Assembly (NCBI GenBank): GCA_029547265.1
Contig: JAKPPP010000178.1
Span: forward strand, 8,168 to 72,167
Direction of reading: 5' to 3'
Origin: Bacteroidota bacterium
GTDB taxonomy: Bacteria > Bacteroidota > Bacteroidia > AKYH767-A > OLB10
DNA length: 64,000 nucleotides
The notes under the pieces: generated by a model
What the model was told of the DNA's origin: nothing
The model's input: the letters and a program-made list of their open reading frames with translations, nothing else
Database searches by the model: none
Position numbers and translations under genes: made by a program
Shown: positions 28,943 to 36,286 of the stretch, one piece after another
Numbering within the stretch: position 1 is the first letter of the stretch
Layout of the letters: each line of letters begins with the position of its first letter

Positions 28943-29503
28943 TTACTCGTCAATTCCAAAACAAGATACAATTGTCCTTTTCTGGTCTTTACTATTAGGA
29001 TTTGATACTACTATTCCATATTCTCCAGCTTTAAGGGTTCTAAGAATTATGAGGTAAGACGATGTTCCATATTTTTTGCCGCTAAATAGAATCATATCAT
29101 TAGAGTTAGTGCGACTTTTCATTAGGGTGCCGGAATTATCTTCGCTCAGCACCACCGACCTGGTATTCTTCTTGGCTTTGAATTTATATATTGTAATGAT
29201 TGTTAAAGGATCTGAGTTATTATCTACGGCACGAACTACTAATTGTAATTTTTCACTTGTAGAAAATCTTGTTTGTGCCTTTCCTCCAGCTATTTCAAGG
29301 GAAAGTGCATTCCATGAGTTTGATGACCAAGAAACACCCGAAGTATAATTGCCGAACTCTTTATCTAAATCAACATGAGAACTGTCAGCTTTTAATAAAT
29401 AAGTGTCGCCTACAAATTCGGGGTCTTTATTTTGTCCGTGCGTTGGTAAAACACTAAATAAAATTGATGTTAAAATAAAAATTGAGATTTTAATTATTTT
29501 CAT
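28943..29503 (-). CDS. secreted hypothetical protein
   Basis: Signal peptide MKIIKISIFILTSILFSVLPTHGQ. Beta-rich composition. 4-nt gap from the upstream gene. Confidence 0.6.
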   Translation of the reverse strand: MKIIKISIFILTSILFSVLPTHGQNKDPEFVGDTYLLKADSSHVDLDKEFGNYTSGVSWSSNSWNALSLEIAGGKAQTRFSTSEKLQLVVRAVDNNSDPLTIITIYKFKAKKNTRSVVLSEDNSGTLMKSRTNSNDMILFSGKKYGTSSYLIILRTLKAGEYGIVVSNPNSKDQKRTIVSCFGIDE

Positions 29504-29507
29504 GGTT

Positions 29508-30242
29508 CTATTTTTTTATAAAGTTAATTGTTCCAAATGGATGTTGAATAAAGTGAATACGATTAATTTTTGGTGCGGTTACCAAGTCAAAAAGAAATTG
29601 ATTTAATTCTGTCATTATAAACTCTATTGTACTCCACAAATCAAATTTAATTGGTTTGAACTTTTCAAAAGTAAAAATCTGAGACTTGTAAGTTACGGTC
29701 ATGTCGTCTTTAGTATGGAATCCTCCATTGTGATTTGAATTACGGATAGTTTGAAATATCTTAATCAAATTTTTATAGTCAGAATTAATAGCAGCATAAT
29801 CAATTAGATAGTCCCTTATTCTCCAAAAGTCTTCTAATGCGTCAGGAAATTTTGAATTTGGAATAGCTTTAACAATACTCCTTAAAGAGTTTTCAAAATG
29901 AGTAAAACTTAGAATAATGTAATTTGTGCTTAAGTCTACTCCATAAGAGTAAATTCTTGCTTCAGCATAACTTTCTAATTCTGTCGAAGGTAAAGAAAAA
30001 TTTTTGTTGTTTTTCCACCACTCCTTTTTTGTGAGATAATCTTTCAGAAAAACACTCGAAAGGAGTGAACTATTTGCAACTTCTCTAAGGGTTGTGAACA
30101 CTACAATTCGAGAGTCGTTCGTAATGTCGAGTACTGAATTATTTGTTTTGACTTTTTCAATTGAAGTCGAAAAATCATTGGTGATTTTAAAAAAGAAGTC
30201 TGTTATTTCTTCGGGCTTTTGTTTGGTTAAATAATTGTCCAT
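29508..30242 (-). CDS. hypothetical cytoplasmic protein (244 aa)
   Basis: Long ORF with no family recognised. Contains IRNSNHNGGFH; see noticed_but_rejected for the HEPN idea. Confidence 0.6.
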   Translation of the reverse strand: MDNYLTKQKPEEITDFFFKITNDFSTSIEKVKTNNSVLDITNDSRIVVFTTLREVANSSLLSSVFLKDYLTKKEWWKNNKNFSLPSTELESYAEARIYSYGVDLSTNYIILSFTHFENSLRSIVKAIPNSKFPDALEDFWRIRDYLIDYAAINSDYKNLIKIFQTIRNSNHNGGFHTKDDMTVTYKSQIFTFEKFKPIKFDLWSTIEFIMTELNQFLFDLVTAPKINRIHFIQHPFGTINFIKK

Positions 30243-30403
30243 TTATCAAATCTTATTTTTAGTATCTGCCTAAGGCGTGCATGTAACTTATTTACATGCG
30301 TTATAATAATATATTAATTACTTGTTCATTTTGTAAAAGTATCATTGAATATTGAAGTCTAATTGTCATATAGCTGATTTGCCTGGACTACCAAATTGTC
30401 ATG

Positions 30404-32098
30404 TCAAGCGCTATGTTCTTGTCTTGATGAGTCGTTTTTATAGCCTGCAAACTTTGGAAAAATCATTTTGTTTCTATTTTTAATGTCTAAACGATTTATT
30501 GTCACTCCAACCGGACGTGGAAAAATTGCTCCAGCTGAATTAATATTACAAACATCAAAAATACAATATGGAGTTCTATCAATCCCTGAACATAAACTTT
30601 CGAGATCTGACACATGAAAGACTGTCAGATTGAATATTGTAAGATTTCCCAAAGGTTTACCCTTTAAGTATTCCCGTAGTTTATCATTTAGTATTCCAAT
30701 TAAATATGGATTCATGGCAATTTTCTCATTAACGACTAAAATCGGGAATACATTTATTTTTTCCTTATGTTCAAGATTTACCTTAAACAAATCGGGTCTG
30801 TCTCTTAAATTAATTATACCACTTCCTAACTGGCTTATTCCGAAACTTTTATAAAACACTTCTGGATTCGACCGATATAATGAAAATTCTGTACTTTGTT
30901 TCTGGTCTGTGTAAACCCCTGAACTTTTAAACTCAAAAAGACAAACGTTGTTATCCTTCAACAATAATCCGTCCGCTAATTCAATCTGCCCCTTTGAAGT
31001 TTCCATAATTAATTCCTTCCCTGACTTAATTATGTATTCAGGATTATTAATGTAACTTCCGTGAAGTATTTTAAAACAATACTCTTCAAAAAACTTCCCA
31101 ATAACACCTCGGTACTCTGCAATTTTCCATTTTCTCTTCATATGATCAAACCAAAAATCATTGATAAAGGTTTCATATAATTTTTCAGCAAGAAGAAGGC
31201 TGTCAAGCAGTAAATAGCATCCTTTGCCATTGTCAAAGTAAACCGGGGATTTTTTCAATTCTGAAATTTCCAACGTAAGAGACGATGTGACAAGATCTCT
31301 CCGACTTAGAAAGTTGAATATTGATTCCGATATCTTCCGCTCTTCTCCCGTTTCTGGTAATTGATACAAATACATGTACTCATCAGAAATATTTTGGGCT
31401 AAATTATTTATATAGATTCCTGATATGTGAAGAATTAATTGCTCTGGAGTAAATCCGATTGAATCGAAATAAACCTGTATCTCATTTCTCAATATTTGAT
31501 CCTGACGGAACCAGCTAATTAATTCAACATATCGATCAAAAATTTGAAACGGATTAGTTACAACCATTAACTCATTTAAAAAGACTGATGCCGAGGTTAA
31601 CCTTTCTATTCCTGTTAGATTATTCGCCTCCTCACTTTTTTTGTATTCTGCAAGGACTGAATTAACGCAGGAATAATATTTCAAAATACAAGCAAACTCG
31701 TCTTGTCCCAAATGATCTTTGGTAACAGTTGTGGGATTATAATTGCTTATTATTTCCTGAATAGCAAATAAGGTAGCAGAACGATTAAACAATATAGGCA
31801 TTCCTCTGTCTCTTAGATCAACAACTGCATGATCATACGCCTTTATATAAGGTTTCTTTGTGCAATCATTGGATCCTGATAAATGATGTAACATTTGCAT
31901 TTGAAAAGGCTCATCATATTTGATCAATACACTAAGAGGTGGTAATTGGCGTAAATTTAATGATGCTAATTCATGAAGTATTGCATCTTTGTCAATACCT
32001 TCTAATAGCGAAATTCTACCGCTCTGATCTGGAGGATTCTCACCGAAAATTTCCTTGTGTCCAAGAATTAAAAGTGTACCAGGAATTTCAACATTCAT
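30404..32098 (-). CDS. 564-aa protein with a predicted PD-(D/E)xK nuclease core
   Basis: Motif order E338/E339 (GKFFEEYCFKIL) ... D376 (IELADGLLL) ... E389-x-K391 (VCLFEFKSSG), checked against the DNA at 30926-30973. The N-terminal 330 aa or so and the C-terminal 170 aa or so are unrecognised. Confidence 0.6.
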   Translation of the reverse strand: MNVEIPGTLLILGHKEIFGENPPDQSGRISLLEGIDKDAILHELASLNLRQLPPLSVLIKYDEPFQMQMLHHLSGSNDCTKKPYIKAYDHAVVDLRDRGMPILFNRSATLFAIQEIISNYNPTTVTKDHLGQDEFACILKYYSCVNSVLAEYKKSEEANNLTGIERLTSASVFLNELMVVTNPFQIFDRYVELISWFRQDQILRNEIQVYFDSIGFTPEQLILHISGIYINNLAQNISDEYMYLYQLPETGEERKISESIFNFLSRRDLVTSSLTLEISELKKSPVYFDNGKGCYLLLDSLLLAEKLYETFINDFWFDHMKRKWKIAEYRGVIGKFFEEYCFKILHGSYINNPEYIIKSGKELIMETSKGQIELADGLLLKDNNVCLFEFKSSGVYTDQKQSTEFSLYRSNPEVFYKSFGISQLGSGIINLRDRPDLFKVNLEHKEKINVFPILVVNEKIAMNPYLIGILNDKLREYLKGKPLGNLTIFNLTVFHVSDLESLCSGIDRTPYCIFDVCNINSAGAIFPRPVGVTINRLDIKNRNKMIFPKFAGYKNDSSRQEHSA

Positions 32099-32103
32099 TC
32101 TCG

Positions 32104-32334
32104 TTAATGTTTTTTATCTTTTGGAGGGTTTGAATCATGTCCATAGGAATCTTTATCTCGAATTATTCCATTGGAGCGGTGTATCACAACTTCAGATTTC
32201 TGATTGATTGCGATATCCCTTGCAATTTTAATAGCTTCAGCCTGTGTTGGGACAATTGCAGTGGCTCTTTCATTTCCTGCTCCTTTAACTGCCCAGTCTT
32301 TACCTTTCGGAACTACGTGTTGATTCTTTTTCAT
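32104..32334 (-). CDS. DUF2188-family small protein
   Basis: 76 aa. HVVPKGKDWAVKGAGNERATAIVPTQAEAIKIARDIAINQKSEVVIHRSNGIIRDKDSYGHDSNPPKD matches the DUF2188 pattern as I remember it. Confidence 0.75.
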   Translation of the reverse strand: MKKNQHVVPKGKDWAVKGAGNERATAIVPTQAEAIKIARDIAINQKSEVVIHRSNGIIRDKDSYGHDSNPPKDKKH

Positions 32335-32345
32335 TTCTAATTGTT

Positions 32346-32975
32346 TTATAAGTTAGGAATTGATGTTATCACAATACCTTGTAATTGAAAATCCTGTGTG
32401 AGAATGATTGGCTGGTGAATTGCATTTGTTGATCGTGGTAGAAGTATCACCATCTCATTTGTCTTTTGTAACTCTTTAATCGTTGCTGAATCATCAATTA
32501 ATGCCACAACCAAATCTCCATTAGTTGCGGTGTTTTGTTGTTTGATTAATACAAGATCCCCGTCATTAATACCTCGCTGATTCATCGAATCGCCTTTCGC
32601 TCGTAGAAAGAAATACTTGTTTGGTGCCTTAGCAAGTTTCACTGAAACCGGAATATAGGCTCGTATATTTTCTTCAGCGAAGATTGGTGTTCCACAAGCA
32701 ACTTCTCCAACAAGCGGAACGCCCACCGTTTCTGCTCTTTCGGAATCTTCAGTATCAACATCAATGAATTTTAAACTACCATCGGAAGCTCGTTGTAAAA
32801 CGCCTTTTGTTGCCAACTTTTCAAGTACTTCAGCAGCAGACCGTGGGGATTTGTACCCCATCTCAGACATAAGTTCACGAACAGTTGGTAATTCGCCTTC
32901 ATTCATGATGTAATTCCGGATTATGCGTACAGCGTTCTTTTCACGACTATTAAGCTCTTCTTTTTTAGAAACCAT
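32346..32975 (-). CDS. LexA-like repressor (winged-HTH plus S24 self-cleaving peptidase)
   Basis: N-terminal LexA_DNA_bind-like segment ELPTVRELMSEMGYKSPRSAAEVLEKLATKGVLQR. S24 nucleophile in AKGDSMN. General-base Lys in SATIKEL. Start at MVSKKEE (32975). Confidence 0.85.
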   Translation of the reverse strand: MVSKKEELNSREKNAVRIIRNYIMNEGELPTVRELMSEMGYKSPRSAAEVLEKLATKGVLQRASDGSLKFIDVDTEDSERAETVGVPLVGEVACGTPIFAEENIRAYIPVSVKLAKAPNKYFFLRAKGDSMNQRGINDGDLVLIKQQNTATNGDLVVALIDDSATIKELQKTNEMVILLPRSTNAIHQPIILTQDFQLQGIVITSIPNL

Positions 32976-33004
32976 ACACAAACATACAAAAACTATACAA
33001 GTTT

Positions 33005-33042
33005 TACAAAAAAACACCCAAACTGCTGATCTTATGGGTGTT
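33005..33042 (-). terminator. rho-independent terminator after abiEii
   Basis: Arms acaccca (33014-33020) and tgggtgt (33035-33041). Followed on the minus strand by T7 (33007-33013). Confidence 0.6.
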
Positions 33043-33067
33043 ATTGTTAATAAAAGGAGTTTCTTAT

Positions 33068-34114
33068 CTACGATTTGGACTCGGCATCTCCTGTATATAA
33101 CATTTCCCCTTTTTCCCTGAATCTCTTCTTTAGTGTTTCAAGACGGGCAATAATTTCAGGAAAACTTAATGTATTTTCATCATTCCTAAACATGTTTTCA
33201 GCCAAGTCAGCGTAATCCTCTTCCCAAGAGCCTCTTAGTTCAATTGGTGGGATGAAATCTATAGTTTGATGAGAGTGCGTACCGTAATCAACATTCTTTA
33301 CTTTAGTAAATTTGGCTCTAAATTTTACAATTGAATCATAAAGTGAAGTGTTTTCAATTGCTTCTCGACCAAATTCAGTATCCATGATCTTTTCAATATC
33401 ACTTAGATGTCTCGATCTAAATCGTCCATCTTTTGTTGATCCTGCTACAAACAATTCATGGAGAAGAAATATTTTTTCCAAGAATGTTTTTTGAGGATGA
33501 GCGCATACTACTTCAAAATTGGGATCCGTAAAGGAGGTATTCGGGAATTCGTCACCGATAAATGATCTAATTTGACGAACTTCATGTGGATTTAGCATTG
33601 AACGCACCATTACTTCGATTTTCACTTCAGGTTTAAAGTACTCGTTCGGCTCTGTCAAAGATTTGTACTTCACTAATAAAACATGCGGATCAGTTCCTTC
33701 TTCTTCAGTTTCGACAACCTCAATCGCAAATAGTTCGTCTGGAATTCCAATTCCATTTAACGCTTCTTTTAACTCATTTAATAGCGTTGTACTAACAAAT
33801 TGCTTAGATGCAGCACGCATCTTGGTAATTCCATTTCCGGAAATTTCATCATCATTTTTAGTAATTCCCAAAGCTGCTCTATCAAGTGCTAAATCAATGT
33901 CTTCTGAAAATCTTTGTATGAGACCCCATCCTTTGCTTAACGATGTTCCTCCTTTAAATACTAAGTAATTTGCCGATCTTGTAGTAAATAGTGCTCTCAA
34001 GGTTTGGGTTACCCACCAATCCTTTTCAACAGCTTGAGACAAGACTCCCATTTTTGCTGCCGTTTCATTTATTATATCTAGTCGCCTGCCTTCTTCGATT
34101 TTTAAAAATTCCAT
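33068..34114 (-). CDS. abiEii: AbiEii/AbiGii-family nucleotidyltransferase toxin (DUF1814)
   Basis: Signature VFKGGTSLSKGWGLIQRFSEDIDL. 348 aa. Overlaps the upstream antitoxin-like gene by 13 nt. Confidence 0.85.
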   Translation of the reverse strand: MEFLKIEEGRRLDIINETAAKMGVLSQAVEKDWWVTQTLRALFTTRSANYLVFKGGTSLSKGWGLIQRFSEDIDLALDRAALGITKNDDEISGNGITKMRAASKQFVSTTLLNELKEALNGIGIPDELFAIEVVETEEEGTDPHVLLVKYKSLTEPNEYFKPEVKIEVMVRSMLNPHEVRQIRSFIGDEFPNTSFTDPNFEVVCAHPQKTFLEKIFLLHELFVAGSTKDGRFRSRHLSDIEKIMDTEFGREAIENTSLYDSIVKFRAKFTKVKNVDYGTHSHQTIDFIPPIELRGSWEEDYADLAENMFRNDENTLSFPEIIARLETLKKRFREKGEMLYTGDAESKS

Positions 34115-34746
34115 CCTTCTAATTGATTTTTTTCGTTAGTAATATTTTTTAAAAAACTCCCTATCCAACCCGGAGCCTTTCTTCTATCGTTTTCAAATTT
34201 TTTCTCGTCTTCTTCCATTAGAACAATCTTCAATTTTTTGATTATTTTTTCATTGGTTAGATTAGATTCGCCAAGCTCCCTAAGGGCAAGAATTACTAAT
34301 TTGCTTATTTCTCCTTCTAAGGAAAGTAATTTGGGGCTTGCGCTTTTAAACTTAATCGTTCTGTTTCCGATATGTATTTCCCTTGGAGAGCCATCAGTAA
34401 GATAGACCGCCTTCATAGGAATTTGTGTAGTTAGTCCGAGTAGATACATCGCCATTATTCCAGTAGGTTCTATTTTGGCGTTATCTCTTCGAGCAATTGC
34501 TTTAGCAACAATTTCTATAGGAGGAGTAAGTGCTCCTATTTCTGGATCTTTCTTAGGCTTATCATAAATACCTTGTGCAATCCTTCTAATGACTCCTTCT
34601 TTTGCAAGTCTTGAAAGAGTTGTCTTAACTGCATCAATTCCTCCCAAATCATTAAAGTCTGAAGGCACAAAGATTTCTCCATCCTTTTTTGATAGGATTC
34701 TTTCTTCAATTTCCTTACTAATAGATCTTTTAACAATCGTTTCCAT
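34102..34746 (-). CDS. abiEi: AbiEi-like antitoxin / transcriptional regulator
   Basis: N-terminal winged-helix-like segment TTLSRLAKEGVIRRIAQGIYDKPK. Positioned and overlapping as expected for the type IV TA partner of AbiEii. Confidence 0.7.
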   Translation of the reverse strand: METIVKRSISKEIEERILSKKDGEIFVPSDFNDLGGIDAVKTTLSRLAKEGVIRRIAQGIYDKPKKDPEIGALTPPIEIVAKAIARRDNAKIEPTGIMAMYLLGLTTQIPMKAVYLTDGSPREIHIGNRTIKFKSASPKLLSLEGEISKLVILALRELGESNLTNEKIIKKLKIVLMEEDEKKFENDRRKAPGWIGSFLKNITNEKNQLEGWNF

Positions 34747-34857
34747 GTTACAAATATAGTCAATATTTGTGTCAATAACAATATCAGTTACAACTTTAAC
34801 ATAAATTTGTAACGCAAATTGATATGTTATGTTACTAAAATAGACAATATTTGTAAC
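34747..34857. promoter_or_regulatory. inverted-repeat set upstream of abiEi (candidate autoregulatory operators)
   Basis: GTTACAAATAT (34747-34757) pairs with ATATTTGTAAC (34847-34857). Additional half-sites ATATTTGT (34763-34770) and AAATTTGTAAC (34803-34813). Confidence 0.4.
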
Positions 34858-35219
34858 AAGTTTCTGAGTAGTAAACTAATCCACAAGCAGGTTATGATCC
34901 GAAGGAGCATTTAAATCATGTTTTAAACCTCAAAAACTGCCAAAATCACGAAAAAAACGACAAAACACTACTAACCATCTGTAATTCAGTGATTTATCAT
35001 AATCGAGTAGAACTTCCAATTATGAAAAATGCAATATGTCATGATAGATGGAAAGTTAATTGGTTATCTTCAAAAGAGAGTCAAGGCTATTTAAATGAGT
35101 TTAGTCTATTTGCCTTTAGTTTATTTTGCAACTCCCAAAAACGTATCAACTCATTGAATATCAACATATCATCCCTAAATCGGTTTGATATTTCCTGACC
35201 TTCGGGAGCGGTGCAGTAG

Positions 35220-35250
35220 AGGCTACCTTAATTAGGTAGCCTTTTTGCTT
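35220..35250 (+). terminator. orphan rho-independent terminator-like hairpin
   Basis: aggctacct-taatt-aggtagcct followed by ttttt. No convincing plus-strand ORF upstream. Confidence 0.45.
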
Positions 35251-35271
35251 TTTATGGATATTCCTTCTGCA

Positions 35272-35559
35272 ATGAATTTCGCTGTATACATCTTGTATTC
35301 TCAAAAACTTAATCGTTTTTATGTCGGTACTTCTGATGACCCTAATAGACGCGTTATTGAACATAATTCAGGAAAATATGATGATGCTTTTACTAAAAAT
35401 GGCGTCCCTTGGTCATTGTTTTTAGTCATTAGTGATCTAACCAGTGAACAAGCTTATAAAATTGAAAGGCACATCAAAAAAATGAAATCAAAAAAGTTCA
35501 TAGAAAATTTAGTGCAATTTCCTGAAATTATTGATAAGCTTAAAAAGAAATATTTATAG
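35272..35559 (+). CDS. GIY-YIG nuclease-domain protein (single domain, about 95 aa)
   Basis: FAVYILYSQKLNRFYVGTSDDPNRRVIEHNSG contains the GIY...YVG...R..EHN pattern. Start set at MNFAVY. The last base of its TAG stop is the first base of the tRNA-derived repeat. Confidence 0.8.
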   Translation: MNFAVYILYSQKLNRFYVGTSDDPNRRVIEHNSGKYDDAFTKNGVPWSLFLVISDLTSEQAYKIERHIKKMKSKKFIENLVQFPEIIDKLKKKYL

Positions 35560-35601
35560 TCCCTGGTCGACCCCGATAGCTATCGGGGCAGGAGAGGGAG
35601 C
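35559..35601 (+). repeat. attR-like degenerate copy of the tRNA-Asn 3' end, with an 18-bp perfect palindrome in place of the T-loop
   Basis: gtccctggt-cga-c-cc[cgatagctatcgggg]caggagagggagc. 27 of the 29 tRNA positions are retained, with a 15-nt insertion. Palindrome ccccgatagctatcgggg at 35571-35588. Confidence 0.6.
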
Positions 35602-35663
35602 GGTGAAGCGTGAATCGAGCAACGCGAGATTCTCTACTGCAGGGCGGGATATAAATCAAACAA

Positions 35664-35697
35664 AAAACCCTGAAGCTTGCTTCGGGGTTTTTTGTTT
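35664..35697 (+). terminator. rho-independent terminator (likely the native tRNA-Asn terminator displaced by the island)
   Basis: aaccctgaag-cttg-cttcggggtt followed by ttttgtttt, 65 nt after the repeat. Confidence 0.65.
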
Positions 35698-35740
35698 TAA
35701 GAAAAGCCTTCATTTTTTATTGAGGCATGAACTATTTTAT

Positions 35741-36106
35741 ATGGAACATCCAAAATATGGCGTATACGTGTTATACAGCTTGAAAGACCAACTATTTTAT
35801 ATTGGATACACGACAGATTTTGTTCGGAGAATGAAAGAACATGCTGAGGGGAACTCAGCAAGCACCGCACCTCGCCGACCATTCATCCCTTTACTATGCG
35901 AATATTATTTTAGCAAAGCAGATGCAATGCGGCGCGAGCAGTACTTTAAAACGACGCCCGGTAAACGCGTTTTAAGGTTCATGTTAGAGAATAGTTTGAA
36001 AGAGGTAAAGTTTCATTTATCCCCTGAAAAAATGATTTATACATCTATGCTCGTTAAAAAATATTCAAACTGCGTAAGGCGATTTTTAAAATTAATGCGG
36101 AAATAA
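35741..36106 (+). CDS. GIY-YIG nuclease-domain protein (second copy)
   Basis: YGVYVLYSLKDQLFYIGYTTDFVRRMKEHAEG. Start set at MEHPKYG (35741). The track's upstream extension crosses the repeat and the terminator. Confidence 0.8.
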   Translation: MEHPKYGVYVLYSLKDQLFYIGYTTDFVRRMKEHAEGNSASTAPRRPFIPLLCEYYFSKADAMRREQYFKTTPGKRVLRFMLENSLKEVKFHLSPEKMIYTSMLVKKYSNCVRRFLKLMRK

Positions 36107-36286
36107 ATGTTGGTAAAGAGATCGATCAATTTAGTTTTTAGACGAATAAATGAATTATACCATTTTCACTTTTACCAATATAAACTCTCCATTCTCATTA
36201 CAAAGCTTTATTTTTAACATCAATTAAAAAAGGGTTGTCGCACAAGTGAAACAACCCCAACCAGAATTGGTTAATTAAAAACGGGA

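Larger units (their letters stand above)
10573..35601. mobile_element. integrated genomic island of about 25 kb in the 3' end of tRNA-Asn (defence/R-M island with three recombinase genes)
   Basis: The tRNA 3' end GTCCCTGGT..CAGGAGAGGGAGC (10573-10601) is repeated at 35559-35601. A recombinase gene abuts the tRNA. A second terminator (35664-35697) lies 3' of the right repeat. Cargo consists of R-M, Abi, TA and orphan genes. Confidence 0.6.

Noticed and set aside
29508-30242. Possible HEPN RNase call for the 244-aa protein, based on IRNSNHNGGFH.
   Set aside because: The spacing is R-x3-H (or R-x8-H), not the canonical R-x4-6-H. There is no other support, so it is left as hypothetical pending a profile search.
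34989-35364. ORFs 34989-35198 (+) and 35161-35364 (-) in the gap between abiEi and the first GIY-YIG gene.
   Set aside because: They are short with implausible composition. The minus-strand ORF overlaps the GIY-YIG gene and a terminator hairpin. The region is better explained as non-coding, possibly a small RNA.
10573-35601. Prophage or conjugative-element (ICE) interpretation of the island.
   Set aside because: I could recognise no capsid, tail, terminase, portal, relaxase, coupling-protein or T4SS genes. The content is recombinases plus defence and orphan genes, so it is better described as a (possibly mobilisable) genomic island.
35531-35740. N-terminal 70-codon extension of the second GIY-YIG ORF in the track.
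   Set aside because: The extension reads through the tRNA-derived repeat, the palindrome and a rho-independent terminator. The conserved GIY-YIG domain begins right after the internal Met at 35741.
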